Shown piece after piece: positions 1 through 13,862 of a stretch of DNA of 64,000 bases. The DNA comes from Gordius albopunctatus (taxonomy: Eukaryota). Position 1 is the stretch's first letter, and the number at the start of each line of letters is the position of its first letter. The notes under the pieces were generated by a model. That model saw only the letters and a program-made list of their open reading frames with translations. It did not search any database and had not been told where the DNA came from. The stretch is from contig OZ193910.1 in assembly GCA_964276515.1 (NCBI GenBank), positions 6,386,001 to 6,450,000 of the forward strand, written 5' to 3'. A program made the position numbers and the translations under genes.

Positions 1-74
1 AAAGCATCTGTTATTAATTTTTGCATGTGCAGCGATAAGTCGAATACTTCCACATTTTTAAGGAGAGGTAGGCT

Positions 75-278
75 CAGTAGCATAGCCAAAGCCCGAAAAA
101 GAAGATCTAAAGTTTATAATTTATAGTTGTGCAACGTAACTGACCAAGTTAATTATTTATAATGACTTTCTTTATTTTTTATACTAGATTTTATAATTTT
201 GATGTTGAAATAAAAATGTTACAAAATTTTTTTGGAAATTACCCCCCCCCCCGGGAGAAAATCCTGGCTACGCGCCTG
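75..278. mobile_element. hAT-type MITE
   Basis: Degenerate left TIR CAGTAGCATAGCCA, right TIR TGGCTACGCGCCTG, exact 8-bp TSD GGTAGGCT (67-74 and 279-286). Same termini as the copy at 8951-9229. Confidence 0.8.
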
Positions 279-2233
279 GGTAGGCTCAATCAATAATTTA
301 AAATTTACTAAATTAAAAAATGACAACCGAATTAGTATAATCTGTCGTGTACACAAACAAAACATGATTTGTAGTTTTATGAATATTTAAATAAAAATTT
401 TTTTGAATATTTGAGGTCTTAAATACTGAGCTAAGATAGGTGTGCAGTAAGAGTCATACTCTGCTATTAAGGGTCCTCATTTGAAAGAGATTCTATTAAT
501 AAAGTAGCATTACACACTTACGCTGCAGTAATGCCTATTTATTTTTCTGGCTGTCATATTCCAAGCCAAGTTAAATCTAAATTACATTTATAAAATTTGC
601 CAATTAGTATAATATAGATAATTTATTACACAAAGAAATGTATTGGTATCATTGTTGTTCTTTATAGTGACCCTAATAATAAAGTAACAGTATCAAGGCA
701 GAAAATAAAGTTTGGCATTACATAAACATTGGAAATAAAATTGAAAACGTTACGTTAGATAGGAAACATATTATCCGTGATAACGGGATAAAATATTTTT
801 GGGGGACTTATTAAAAAAATTATCAAGAACAGAAAATTTTTGATATCTTATCGTTTTTGATTTATCGTTTAATATTAAATATATGCCAATTGTTACATTA
901 TAATCTAGTTTGTCTCTAAATTATAAAAACAACCTTTATAAATATTTTATATTAAGGAATTTTATATATTTCTTGGATTTAAATAGTAAAATCTTTGTTT
1001 GTAATTATTAATAGAATTAATTCTTCAACTCAACAACGACAAAAATACCTTTTCAGGGTGATTAAGCTTATGTACTCTCGTGATATACAATTATGTGTTT
1101 GTTACTGGTGAGGTCACCCTATTGGCAAGGTCCTTGGTGAATGGTCAGATCAAAATATCTGCGCTTTGAGGGAGTGCAAGTAAAATGGAAGTGCTAGATT
1201 TGCTTAACAATATGAATCTATCAAACAAAAGTTAGTTTCAACAAGATGATGCATCATTGTGAGCATTATAACAAAAATACACTCCTCCATTGGAAAGCGT
1301 AAATTATTATTATGATGACTGGAATATAAATTTGTCATATCAACAAAAAGTGTCACAATTTTATCGGAAAAAAGTCGCTCAAAATAATCTTTCGGGGTTG
1401 ATGACGTCTATCTATACTAATACCTTTCTCCGACCACATAGAAGAAATAATTTTTTATCATCTTCCAATTCAAATTACTATAGAATTATGGACCCATTAG
1501 AAATAAAGAACAAATAATTTTTAAGTAGATCGTTTGAATTGTCTTTTATTTCACCTGAACTTTCTTTGTCAAGGGAAAAAAGATTTATATCTATTAGGGA
1601 ATTACGATTCTTCTAACGAGTTCAATGTCCTATTTATTTTACAAATTAAAACAAAAGTTATTGAAAACCTCATATTTTAAGCATAAATCTAAACCTTTTT
1701 TTTGTAAAAACTGTTTTTTTTGACTCTGTGGCTTTAGAAATTAAGGGCAGTGGAGCAAGGCATATTGTAAGATGGCTTCCAAAAATCTAAATTAAGCTTT
1801 TAAAGGTTATGTTTTAACAGGCATGGTTTACATGGTTAAAAAATAAGTAAAAAATTATTGTGAAAAAAGCCTTTTCCTATGTCACCTCTAGGTGACAATA
1901 AATTTAAACGCTAAAAAATATAGGATAAAATTATAATTATACAAAAAATTTATATGAAAAGAATCGGCAGGAATCACTCAACTCTTGTTTTCCTATAAGA
2001 TTGAATAGTTTTAAAGGGTTGAAAAAATCGTGAACTTTGGATTAGAGTATTTTAAGAGCGATAGATCCTGTTGAGATAAACGATGTGAGTTTGGCAACAA
2101 CTATGTAATAAAATCAATTTAAAATTTTTGTTTATAATTAGTACTTTTTGAATTAACATCATTTAAATAAGTGTAACTTGAAAGTTACGGGTTAACTCCT
2201 CCAACCCAAGATTTTTTTATGTATATACAAAAG

Positions 2234-2404
2234 TGTTGTGAGCGGTATAATATTATAATAAACGCTATAAAACCGAAATAATAAAACGAAGATATAAACG
2301 ACTCAACGGTAATTAAATTGTCACAAGAGGTATTAACACTAATTCTCTACAATTCGGTAATTTACGTCTGGCCCAAGGCACTCCTATCCTATTACGTCTC
2401 TACA
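2234..2404 (-). mobile_element. 3' LTR of a Ty3/gypsy remnant
   Basis: TG...CA bounded 171-bp segment abutting a polypurine tract on the minus strand (GAAGGGGGGGAGGC, 2405-2418), next to pol remnants. Confidence 0.6.
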
Positions 2405-4920
2405 GCCTCCCCCCCTTCACAGACAAAATCCTTCAGAAATGCTGGCGGTTTTTGAATAGCTTGCGGGTATCTAGGTTCTTCTCCAAACGTCCCAATATGG
2501 CTTTGAATTTGTTCCCTTGGTCACTTGTTCGGTTGTAGTCGGTCCATTGCTTCCCTAGTGATGCGGAAAAACCGAGAAAATCTTCTTTCGGACCGAGACG
2601 AGAATTTTGATGTCGAGAGGAGACGAGATTTTTTCGGCGAGATTTCGACTTTTTATTGATCGTTAGATTTTAGTAAATTATTGTGTATTTTAATTTGCAT
2701 GATTTACATTTAAGGTATTAAGTGTAAATCAATATGTATAGGATATATTTGATATTAAAAAAAATTATAAGCGTAGTAAATATCATATATTTTTGCAAAA
2801 AATTTAAAATTTGGCAATCATTTACCATAGTGTATGTTAATAATTTTATAATATCCTTATCACCTATTTGTATCCATAGCACTATTAAATATTAAAGAAA
2901 TTTTAGGCTTAGAATGAGTTATGATGGACTAGTAAATATTACTAAAGCATGTTTATATTTTGCAGTTACTCATCCTGCATAATGCGGTAATTATAAATTG
3001 GTAGTCAATCCGTTTGAATAAGTAGGTCTAGATTTTTGGGCACCCGCCTAACGATTTCAAAAGTACAATAGAGTATTTAATGATACCGTAATAGATTAAA
3101 TCTAAATCATGGATTTTTTTTTGTTAAAGTTTTTATGCTCAACTAATAGTATACCTCCCAAATTTTTGAATTTGAATAAGACATTATGTGAATACATAGT
3201 TTTGTCATAAGCATTACTTTTCACATTATACGCTTGGTTGACAGGTGAATTTAAATTTATTATATTTCCATAATTGTGAAATATAAAATAAATACACAAA
3301 CCTATACTGTATTCGATAAATAACTATTTAATGGCAAAGTCAGTTGGAACTGGAAGGTAATTATTTGGAATATAAATTTGATTATAATGATTTCTGTCAT
3401 AAATTTAAATACATGCAATTTACAGTTTAAAACCTTATCTTCTTAATACTATAATAATGCTGCTTTTATTGATGTTTTTACAACGTTTTGATATGTGCAT
3501 CTAGTTATCAATTCTGTAAATAATAATATTATCATTAAAAGTCACTCGCACTTTATGGTTTATAACGCTATAATAAACATGCAATAAACACTATGGCATA
3601 TAATTGATGATGGTAACAATAGACTTAGTTAATTAAGAAGCTTTACCCAGGGTTAACAAAGGGTCTCAATTTGCTCAATTATGCAACTAAGTCAACTATA
3701 AGCGAACTTATAATTAAGTCTATTTAGAGTTGACAAAAAAGTGAATTTGATACAAATGTTATAATTTGCTAGAACATTCACATTGAATTTTCTATACTTC
3801 AAATTTATTTATAGTCTTTTAGTCTGCACTTTCCATAGAAAATGTTATCTTTATGAATTAATTTATATCTTTATATTGTCAATGAGATGTCGTGTCCCGC
3901 TAAATCTTTGAAAAGTTCTTTATTAAATTTTCTTAAAAATATAAAAATTTGTCATTTGGATTTTTAAACACTTTTTTGATATTTTTAATAAAACAGGAGA
4001 AATTCTTATTCACTATATATTTTTTTTAAAAGTCGAGACGAGAATTCTCGTCGAGACGAGATTTTTCTAGACCGAGACTAGACGAGATTTTCATAATCGC
4101 TCCCGAGACGAGATTTTGTCTTCGAGACCGAGACGAAATCGAAACACTACGCTTCCCCATCTGATGTCCTCCTTTTAGGCCACCCGTTCTCTTGTCCAAG
4201 GGTAGTACAATTAATGATTTTCCGTTTTCCTAATTGATCCAAATGTCGGTGGTGCTTTCTTATCTGAGCCCACACATCGTAGGAACGACTACCGTGCTTG
4301 GCTTTTATTATGCCTTCTAACTATTTGCTTGGTCCCAAAAACATGCCTAAAACCATGTCTTTTACGTCGAACATACGAGGGTTCCCGGTCTATAACCATT
4401 GTTGTGGAATTGATTCCCTATACCTCCCATTTGGTTCGCATGCGTCTAATCAGCATCACCTTGGCTGGACTTTTTGGTTGTTAAGTGTTTTGTAGCTCTG
4501 TAGTTTTTCTAAAAAATCTACTTAGACCCACCTCTGACTCGTTTCTTATAATGGCTTCTTTGGTCAATCCAGCACGTTGGAAGCAGGATGGTAAGGAGCT
4601 GTCCATCGCTGAAGAATCCCATTCATCTTGCAAAAATTCTGTAACTCCTGACCTTTGAATTGCGGCTTGTTATCTGATGCCCTTGTACTCAAACTTGGTC
4701 GTGTAACGTGATAACATGAGTGCCCACTAGTTAGTCGTGGTGACTATTGTTCTTTGCCCCTTTTGCTTTGGTCAAATATATAAACTAGCGGTCTATGATC
4801 CGTCGTAATAGTAACGCTTTGAGCTTGTAAATATTCATTAAACTTTTTTAGCGCATAGACCCCCGCCTCCCGTTCAATCGTTGAATATAGGCTTTCACTA
4901 TCGCTTAACGCTCCTCCCCC
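2405..4920 (-). pseudogene. decayed Ty3/gypsy pol fragment (RNase H, integrase), split by the hAT insertion at 2556-4149
   Basis: Minus-strand translation of 4151-4920 gives YSTIERE, ITTDHRPLVYIF (RNase H) and DNKPQF, TAPYHPASN (integrase), with stops and frameshifts. Confidence 0.75.
2556..4149 (+). mobile_element. non-autonomous hAT element (CGAGAC subterminal-repeat family)
   Basis: Starts TAGTGATGCG, ends CGAAACACTA. Near-perfect 8-bp TSD TGCTTCCC/CGCTTCCC. Many CGAGACGAG subterminal motifs. Related copies at 15330-16640 and 51295-55783. Confidence 0.85.
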
Positions 4921-6179
4921 AAAAAAACAGATTTCACAACATTTTAAAACATGTTTGCCAGAAGTTAAAGCATTAGGAAAAAATGCATTTATACAATTTA
5001 TTTATTACATTTCACCCAAAATATCTCTCTTAGCAAGCCATTCATTATCTTGAGTAGGCACACACCATAAAAAATGAAAGGCAGATATTCTTAAACTTTT
5101 GCTGCTAAATTAAAATGATTATGTCTGTATTATCAAGTAATTTTGATTTTAAAGCTAATAATGGTTGTGGCATTATTTTGCGGAAATGAAAGGAGAAAAT
5201 TGGATCATTTTCTCAATCATGTTTGTAAAATAATGTTCTATATATATCATTCTTTTGATATACAATCATGATAATTTTAATTTATTCTAGTGTAGGGGAT
5301 AAAACAAGTCGAGACATTAATATTAAAACGAATATCAATTATATGTTCATCATAATTAAGATATTTACCTTTCTTGAGTTTAAAATTGCGCAAATCCAAA
5401 AATGAGATGCAAATTACAAGGATATAATATAAATGACGGAATGAGATAAATTAAGCATACATTTCAATATTAATAATAAAATATTATATATAATGGCATT
5501 AATTTAAAAGATATGTCTATTATGCAATGTAAGATTTATAACCTTAAACCCGATAGCTTTTTAACCCGAACCCGACACGAAGGCATTTTAAAATTTTTAA
5601 CCCGAACCCAAAGAACTTTTAAAAACTTCAACCCGAACCCGACCAATGGAAATGAACACCACCGAATTGGTACAAAACGTATATTTGATAACTCGGCTTA
5701 ATGCTGCATCAAGAGGGAGGTTGGGCAAAGGAATCAACGCAAGGATTTAGAAGGATGCAACTTCTCATGTGGAACAAGAAGCTGACAAACAATTCTGTAA
5801 GATCGATGTTAGGCAACGGAAGTACAAGGGTATTAAAGCTAGGGAAAAAAAGTTGATACAGGCCAGATATATGAGGATTATACGCTAACAAAAAATAGTT
5901 TTTAACCAATGACGGACATTATAAATGAAAATTGGTTGAGTAATAATGGGCACAAAAGGATGCGGATAATGCAAACGAATAGTATTGGATATGGAGGTGC
6001 GGGAGTAGTAAGGAAGACTTTGTGTTATAAGCAAAAGGGAATGTAGATCCGGACATAGCCTACTTAATGGAGAAAAAACTGATCAATGCAAACCTCACGA
6101 CTGCGGCCCCAAATACACGTTTAAAAAGAAAATAGAGCTTAAAATCAATAATTAAATGAAAAAAATAAAAAATTTAGTT

Positions 6180-6630
6180 AAAAAGTTTATTTGTACGAAG
6201 AACTCACATATATAAATATAAAATAAAGGACATATTGATTAAATATAAAGATCTACTAATTAAAGGGCCAAGAGTCGGTAAATGCTTTCAAGTTGTATCG
6301 CACTATAAGAAAGTTATTGTCCCAGTAGAATGGACGTGGAATATCTAGATTTCAAAAAATTTTTTCCGAATTCTTTAAAAAGATTCATGGACTGTTTACC
6401 GAAGGTAGCTAAGCATGGAACAACAACGGGGATAAAAATACTGGATGCCAAAATGGCAGAATATTTAGCCGTTTTAAGCACCTCTGCGATGGCGACGGGG
6501 TCATAGGGGAAAAATATCGAAAAATCCCATTTAGGAGATAAGCCATTTTTCCAAGGGATTTGAGGGGAGCTGACGGCATTAACTTCCAGATAAAAATCTG
6601 AGGGCTCCAAGATTGAGTGGACTTTTGCCT
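6180..6630 (-). mobile_element. 3' fragment of a CRE-like non-LTR retrotransposon (restriction-like endonuclease region)
   Basis: ORF 6314-6610 (EP..IPWKNG..WDF..DPVAIAE..KYS..IFIP..FG) aligns by eye with the better preserved RLE ORF at 51713-52405. Similar 3' end (AAAGTTT(T)ATTTGT on plus). Confidence 0.7.
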
Positions 6631-6771
6631 AAGGGTAGCTCCAATTTATAAATTAGCTGTTGTGCCTAGCTTATTTAAATTTATTTGCAACGCAGTGTCG
6701 AGGGTACCTGGCATATTCGCCTACTAAGGTAAGAAAATTCTGACATGAAAAGTTCTAAGTATAACTAATCC

Positions 6772-6894
6772 TAGAGAACTGCAAAATCACTTTTTTCAAC
6801 CTGAACCAGAAATTTTTTTTAAATTTTAACCCGAAATCATTTTAAATTTTCAATACGAACCCGACGCGATTCGGGTTACCCGTGCAGTTCTCTT
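6772..6894. mobile_element. short hAT-like MITE with AACCCG motifs
   Basis: TIR TAGAGAACTGCA / TGCAGTTCTCTT, approximate TSD ACTAATCC/ACTAAACC. Related AACCCGA motifs at 5545-5645 and 10005-10080. Confidence 0.5.
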
Positions 6895-7558
6895 TACTAA
6901 ACCTTAACCTTAAAGCAATCGAAAATTAAAGTGCCAAGTCATCAAGCGGCATTCCCAAAAGTTTGCTGAGATAGGCTTCAAGCAACTCGTGACAGTAACC
7001 ATCAAAAGCGAGGTACCTAAGGTTGTAATGCTGGCTATTTCCGCTGCTCGATAAGAGGTAATCAACGAAGTGTGACAATCTTTCTGTCTTGAATGGTCTA
7101 ACTGTGTATTCATATTCCAAGGCTAGATTTAGCAAGGGGGTAGTAACTTTGAGTTGCAAGTATAAAAATCAAACTTTTAGGGATGTGATTTATCTCGAGA
7201 ATATAATCAATAATTTGCATCTTTTATGAAAGATAATTATATAAAATGTTTGATCAATGAGTAATATAGGACCCATTTCTATTTTTTAATTACAATTATT
7301 GTTGCCATAATTCAGCATTTAAAAATGAGGTACGGTTAAAGGTTCGTAGGGGCAGCAAAGTCAGCATATGCAAGCCGATTTTTATTGCCGTAATAGTTCA
7401 TAAAATAATTTAGTCGTAACGATTCACATATAAAGCCGTAGGTTAAAATACAAATCCCATCATTGTCTTAATATAAGAGCTTAATAATAGAAGCGTTAAT
7501 TTAAGGAATGCTTAGTAAAGAGCGAATTCATTTTGAGATTTTCGGGTGGCACAAGTAT

Positions 7559-10500
7559 TTATTTTTTAACGTCAACGTAATTTGTCGATATGGCAAAATA
7601 AACGTAGGGGTAATAATCAGCTTGCCCGTAATTTAATCCAGGAATGTCTTCATTCTATAAACAATAAAAATTAAAATATTAAATATATCTAAATTTAAAT
7701 TATTTGATATAAATATTTAAAGTCATAAAAAAAGTTATGAAGACAATATTACGTCTGCTGCATGTGGTCCTGCAGAGGTAGAGTCCAAGTGTTTGAACAT
7801 TTGAAACAAAATTTCACGCACTTTCTTATGATTCTTTTTGAGGGGATGTAAAAGAATAGCAATAAAATTCACAGGCAACCCGTATCTACATAGAATAGGG
7901 AGATAAACACAATGTGAGTATAATTAAGTCAATAAACAAATATATTAGTTTTTTTAATGTTCAGCAAACCTTAAAACGGATTCCACAAAAACCCTAAGGG
8001 CTTTGACGTGAATCCAAGAGGTGAAGGCTTCGTTAAAATTAACTTGTAGCCAACGGACCAATGGAGCCTTAAATGTAGATGATATTGTTTAAAAATAATA
8101 TGACGAAAAATCGATGATAACCTAACTAATCAATGCTTTACTTGTAATTCTTTTTGATATTTTTATGGCGGATAAATTGCTATTCGATATGCAAAGAGTT
8201 AAAGAAAAGTTTATTAACAACTTTTTGTAAGGCCGAAAAACAGTTAAATGTATTGAAAATTAAAGAAATAAAGTAAACGGCACTGATTCGTATGAAATCG
8301 TAATCCCAAGTTAATTTTAATGCTCAAAATAATATATCGCCACATCAATTTAAAGCACGTGTGCATAAAATAATCACATAGGCTTTTTTGGCGTCCGCGG
8401 TTAGTTTTGTGACTTCCGTTTTGTCCGTTGCTAATTGTCCTTCATCGTACGTGAAATCTCGAACCATGAACCTTTTAAAGCATAAACATTTGCACCGTCA
8501 CTGAGCCTCAAAACATTCATACTACATGATTATATTAATCGGTAATGTTTTACTCTGCAAATAAATAAAACGCGTTATAGATCTACTTTTTTTCGCGAGC
8601 ATGTTGTTTAAATTCGTCCACAACCTTCTTGAAAACTGTGACAGTATATAGCCCATTCTCTTCGTCCTCATATATTAGTCTAATAAAATACAAGGTTATA
8701 TATCTGAAAAAGCTAAATTTCAACAAATGATTTTACCTTATATTCATTAAAACAGTATCTTAGCTTAAAAATTTGCAATTTAATGGAAAGAGCTTAATAA
8801 TATAAGAGTGTAGTATTAATTGTTTTATAAATGATTGAGACATAATCAATATTTAGAAAATTGTTTAGGCTTTAAATTATATTTGAAAAAATATTTAGGC
8901 AGCTTTCCTAAAGAAGCTAGGTTTATTCAACCCAAAAATAAGTTAGGGGTCAGGCGCGTAGCCAAGGGGGCAGAAAGCGGGAATTTTCGGCCCCCTTGAA
9001 CAACATTTGAATTTTTTTGAAGGTCCATGTCCTTTTTTAATGCATAAAATCTATAGTAAATGCTCTGATTAATGAAGAGAGGAGATTTTTCCAAAGCTGG
9101 TTATATAGCGCCTTGAAGTTTCGCATATATTGTAAGTGAAGTTTACTCTTGTTACATCTTATAAATAAGAGTGTCGAAATTTTTTTTGAATTTTTCTTCC
9201 CCCTTGAGAAAATCCTGGCTACGCGCCTGTTAGGGGTTATATGGTTTTCAAGCTCAAAGATTCTAAACTTTCTAAACCAGAACCCAGTAAGCCTTAGCTT
9301 TACCTAAGAGACCCTCAAAAGACACAAAATCAAGGGTTAGATACAAGCCTTGGCCAAATATAAAAACGAAGCACAAGACCCAAATTATTTATTAGGCTGG
9401 GCTATCATATTCAAATATTAAAATACAAGTTTATACAATAAAATTGAACTATTCATATTAATGGCTAATTCAAAAGCCCCCTCTTCCCCTCATAAGATCC
9501 ACTGTCGTGTGCCGCTTTCCAACCCATACAGCCCGGCACGGGCCGCTTAAACCGGACTTCGAACAAAAATTAATAAATCGGGCTCATCTAGGCCCCAAGC
9601 TAACCGAATTCAACAAATGATTTAAAAAACGTATCATATTAATTAGACTCTATATAAAATTTAAATCTTCTTATAGCGCGCATATTCCCCGCCCGTCGTC
9701 CTTGTGTATAATGATTTTTTAAACAAAATCGTAAATTTTATTTTGATATTCCTACATTGATCTTACATAGTAACTTTAAGAATTAAGAAAAAAACAAGTC
9801 TTAGCAAATTCTTAATTATAGCAAATTTTTTCGTATTATAAAAATTTAGTTTATTATTTTAAGCAAGATAAATTGGATTCTTGATTCATCATCCTCGCCA
9901 TTACTATAAACAACGAGTTAAGAGCAATAAAATCAATGAATATTTGTAAGGTAAAATAAATACTATTCGTAAAATTATTGTGAATTTAAGAAAATGTCCA
10001 GCACTCGGGTCGGGTGAAAAATAAAAAAAAATTGGGGCTCAGGTAAATTAAAAATAAGAACATCGGCTTCGGGCCGAGTAAAATCCATTTTACAGGGTTT
10101 TATCAACAGCACATGAGTAAGAAAATTTGTCGTTATCTACTTTGTTTTAATTTTTTATATATGCAATTTATGGGGTCGCTTTTGGTTGTCCTGTAAAACT
10201 TCCATTGTTTTTAAATTGCTATAAGACTTTTTTGCCCCCACCCCCCTCCATCTTTAAATTGCATAAAAAATGTGCTACGTTTATATAGGGTATATCTTAT
10301 ATTTCTTAGCCTATTGAAATTATAAATTTTAAGCAATTAGCCATTTATGTAAGCATTTAAGGTTCTAAACTATTTCACAATATAAAATTCAGAGTAATAT
10401 AATGCAATTCAAAAAAAATTATATAATGCTTTGAAATAATTGCAAACAAGTATTTAAAGATTATCCCTCTGCTGATAAAATTCATGATTATGGCATAGAA

Positions 10501-12079
10501 AAGAAGTTCTATGTACTAAAATTATAAAGGATTATATTAAAAAAAATATTTTTAAACTTAGTAAACATAATGCTTTAATAATATGTGAATTCTAATTTAG
10601 TTATTTAATAAAGTGTATATAATTATTTATGTATTTTTGTATAAAATTGGTGGTTTTGGATTGATTAAGTAGGCAGAGGGAAATGGAACGCGATATTTCG
10701 GGATTATAGCCCATCATCGGGAAAAAAAGAGAAGATGAACCAATTTTATACAAAGAAATACACAATAATAGATTAAATATACAATATATAATAACTAGTT
10801 ATTTTGAATCAAATTTAAGCTGTAAATCTCTTCAAAACACTAAACAAATGAAAATTTCAGATAATATTAATACCTTTAATATATAATAGACCAACACCTG
10901 ATTTAAGTGGAAAACTCTTTTAGCATTTTTATTGTCATAAAGAGATTCACAGCTGTGATGTTTTAAATTAAATATGATGTAATTTAGGCTAAAGCAAAAT
11001 TTATACTACTTTTAAAATAGTATTGAATGATTTTGTATAGTATACTTTGAAGATTGAGGGACAACCATATCTGTAAGTTTTTCATAAGTTTGATCCCATT
11101 CTTTATATATATGTCTTAATAAAATTTATGATAAATACAGCAGTTTTGTTTATATAAATACTTTGGTACAACTACTAATAGGGTGATCAGATATTCTGAG
11201 CCCACAACAAATTGATCTTTGTGAACAATATCATTCAGGTTTCGCGTCAACAAGCTCCCTCTAAATTAATTAGAAATCAAGCATAAAATAAAATTCACTA
11301 TCATATAGAAACTTACATATTTTTTCTTTCCATATTATCCAATTCTTTCTTTAGTGAGTTATAATTTGAAGAACGAACTTTAAATTCATTGTCAATTTGG
11401 GAAACCTTCTAAAAATTTTCCAGAATAAATTTATAAATGTTTATAAAATTGTATATCAGAATGTTAAGTTTGCAATTATTTAAAAGTCAGGGAAATTACA
11501 AAAAAATTTGTTGATTGCTATATATTTTAAACATGAAAAAATTGTCTTGTTGTCTCTTATTCATCATACCTTACTAATAATTTCTGTAAGCAAAACCAAT
11601 GACTGTTTAATTGGAAATTTTGCAGTATCCCATTGAAAATGAGTTGCATACGTATTTAAATCAACTAAGGATTTATAAAAAATAATCATATGTTAACTTT
11701 AACAAACCTCCATTAGCTAATAAGTTCTCATACAGTTTATCCTTTTGTCCTTCAACTACATCTCCCAGATATTGTGCAATTTTTCTTGTTACTCTATACA
11801 AAGAAAAAATTAATCACATTAAATCACAAATTGGAAAAATACCCATCAACATAAGTATCTAACTTTGCAAGATCGTCTGATAATCCAACCAATAGATCTA
11901 AAGTCCCTACCTGATTCCAAAATTATACATATGCAATTAATAAATACTTTTAAATCTGGTATATGAAATTTAAAATTCTCTGTCAATGTATTCGAAGGTA
12001 GCATTTTGTTCAACTTTTCCCATGTTTGTTGGCATGTTTTTTCTCCGGGCGCTGATATAAGCCAAAATTCATCCCCCAT
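7559..12079 (-). CDS. ATP6V1C1: V-type proton ATPase V1 subunit C (Vha44/Vma5 family)
   Basis: 12 exons with GT-AG introns and consistent phase: 12079-11948, 11910-11843, 11793-11708, 11664-11570, 11408-11317, 11260-11162, 11114-11046, 8679-8587, 8471-8378, 8067-7970, 7885-7753, 7654-7559; 1155 nt, 384 aa. Motifs [90 protein letters not shown]. Confidence 0.97.
8951..9229. mobile_element. hAT-type MITE in V-ATPase C intron 7
   Basis: Perfect TIR CAGGCGCGTAGCCA / TGGCTACGCGCCTG and exact 8-bp TSD TTAGGGGT (8943-8950, 9230-9237). Confidence 0.9.
10150..10295 (+). mobile_element. short Helentron/HINE-like element
   Basis: Subterminal inverted repeat ATGCAATTTA ... TAAATTGCAT, and a start (ATGCAATTTATGGG.TCG.TTT..TGTCC) similar to the long copy at 26134. 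Confidence 0.45.
10614..10785. repeat. inverted repeat / probable MITE
   Basis: TGTATTTTTGTATAAAATTGGT (about 10630-10651) is inverted at ACCAATTTTATACAAAGAAATACA (about 10739-10762). Confidence 0.5.
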
Positions 12080-12959
12080 CAATATATAAAATTGCTTAAC
12101 ATATAAAACATATAACCTTTAATTTTTAAAAAGTTATCAATGTATGAATGATTTAGGTTTAGATGAAAGAGCGCTGTGTGATAATATCATATGTTCCCTA
12201 GCACCGCAAGAATTATGGATTGATAGAGGTTAAATAATAAAATTCTTGTTGTCAAAAGAAATTATTTATAAGATTAAATTGTTAGAAATGTTTAAAAGAA
12301 AAATAGCGCATATTTATATTTTTATAAGATGAGTGATATGCGCATTATTTAAAATTTTATCAAAATACAATAAACTACATTTAATAGTTTAACTATTAAG
12401 AGAATGTTTATTTATTCTACCTTATAGATAATCTACATTACAATTAGATGTATGAAATCTCTATTTGTTTAAAAAAAATTAACGCTTAAGTGAATGAAAT
12501 TTTATATGGAGTTTATTAAAAATTCAGCAAAAGTTATTGTCACAAATTTCTTCACACATTTATTTAATTCTTTAATTTTTATCAATCCAATTGAACGATT
12601 AGGTGAATTGATTTGTCTGTTTTAAATTTCTTATTGAAAATTGCTTTTAGTTGTTATTTACATAAGCCATCTTATGTAAATTGTGATTGAAAAAGTAAAT
12701 AATAATGTAAATTTCTATGGATGAAAAAAAAACGTTTAAAATATCTGAATAGTAGATGATTTTTTTTATCAGAACTTCAAGTGGGAAATAGCGACTTAAC
12801 CTACAACCCACCAACCCTTAGTATGTCAACCTGCACCAGAAACAGCATTTGTTTGACAACGCTTTAACAAATAATACTCGCATATAAAGTGATTTATTTT
12901 CTCTTTGCACTAATTTAATATTTTATTTACTACATTATGTTTTGGGTAAACAGCGCCTT

Positions 12960-13735
12960 TATTTTCGATTAGGTGGGTTGCTTTCATTTCCGCGACTTGG
13001 ACAACCCGACTGTCCTCCACGGATCTCAGTATAACAAAGAAAGAAAATTCATCGAATGCGTTCTAATCGACCGACTCAAGCCATAAATCAATGACCAACC
13101 AGGACAATTGAGAAATTACAAACACATACACCCACACCTACCTCTATAATTACCTGTTACCATTATACACACCCTATTGCCTTTTTTATTTTCCCCCTAT
13201 TGTTTCGTATCAACCTTGTTTACTACTTACGCCTTATTTTGTAATTACCATTGTCAATACTATTCTTATAATTGCTATTGCTTCCCCTTTTTATAATCCC
13301 TTTTGTATTTTACCTTATCCCTTATCTTAAAGTTGTTTACCCCATTATTTCATTCATTTTTATAATCCCTTTTGTATTTTACCTTATCCTTCATCTTAAA
13401 GTTTTTTACCTCACTATTTCAATAAGTCTTAACTCTCTTGTTCCAACCAGTGTTCGCTATTATTCACCCTCCTGTTTCAGCTGGTCTTTATTACTTTTTT
13501 TAAATTGAATCTTGTCGACGCATTATATATACCTTCATTTGTGATTTCCCTTCTCATTTTAATTTAACCTCGTCATTTGTTCCTTATTTGTAATTCACCT
13601 CTGTAACTTACTTTTTTTAATTATTGATAATGGTTGCTGTACGACCGAAATATTTAAACCCATTCCCACCTTCGCATTTTATCAATACTAAATTACCATT
13701 ATACGAAACAAATTCAGTTCTATTATATTTTATCC
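12960..13735 (+). mobile_element. Penelope-like element 3' fragment
   Basis: KERKFIECVLIDRLKP*IND at about 13036-13095 resembles a GIY-YIG endonuclease C-terminus. It is followed by a pyrimidine-rich tract and a degenerate hammerhead core at 13624-13650. Confidence 0.55.
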
Positions 13736-13862
13736 TTTTGTTGAGCCTGAGCGAGGAAATAAAAGTTATTAATTAGCGACTTTATACCTTCGAATCAAGT
13801 AGTATATTACACCTATATTAATACTTCCTACCTTAAGTTACATATCTAGCTTGTGTTTTGGG

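Noticed and set aside
1090..1517. Possible Tc1/mariner remnant (FQQDDAS at about 1236) and 75-aa ORF
   Set aside because: A single short motif with no TIRs is too little to support a call.
5700..6130. Possible LINE (RTE-like) 3' remnant
   Set aside because: Purine-rich and suggestive, but no motif is clear enough.
6910..7160. Possible gypsy RNase H remnant
   Set aside because: Only a loose LALEYEY..VDYL resemblance.
13272..13508. Hydrophobic 78-aa ORF
   Set aside because: Product of a T/C-rich duplicated tract in the Penelope-like fragment.
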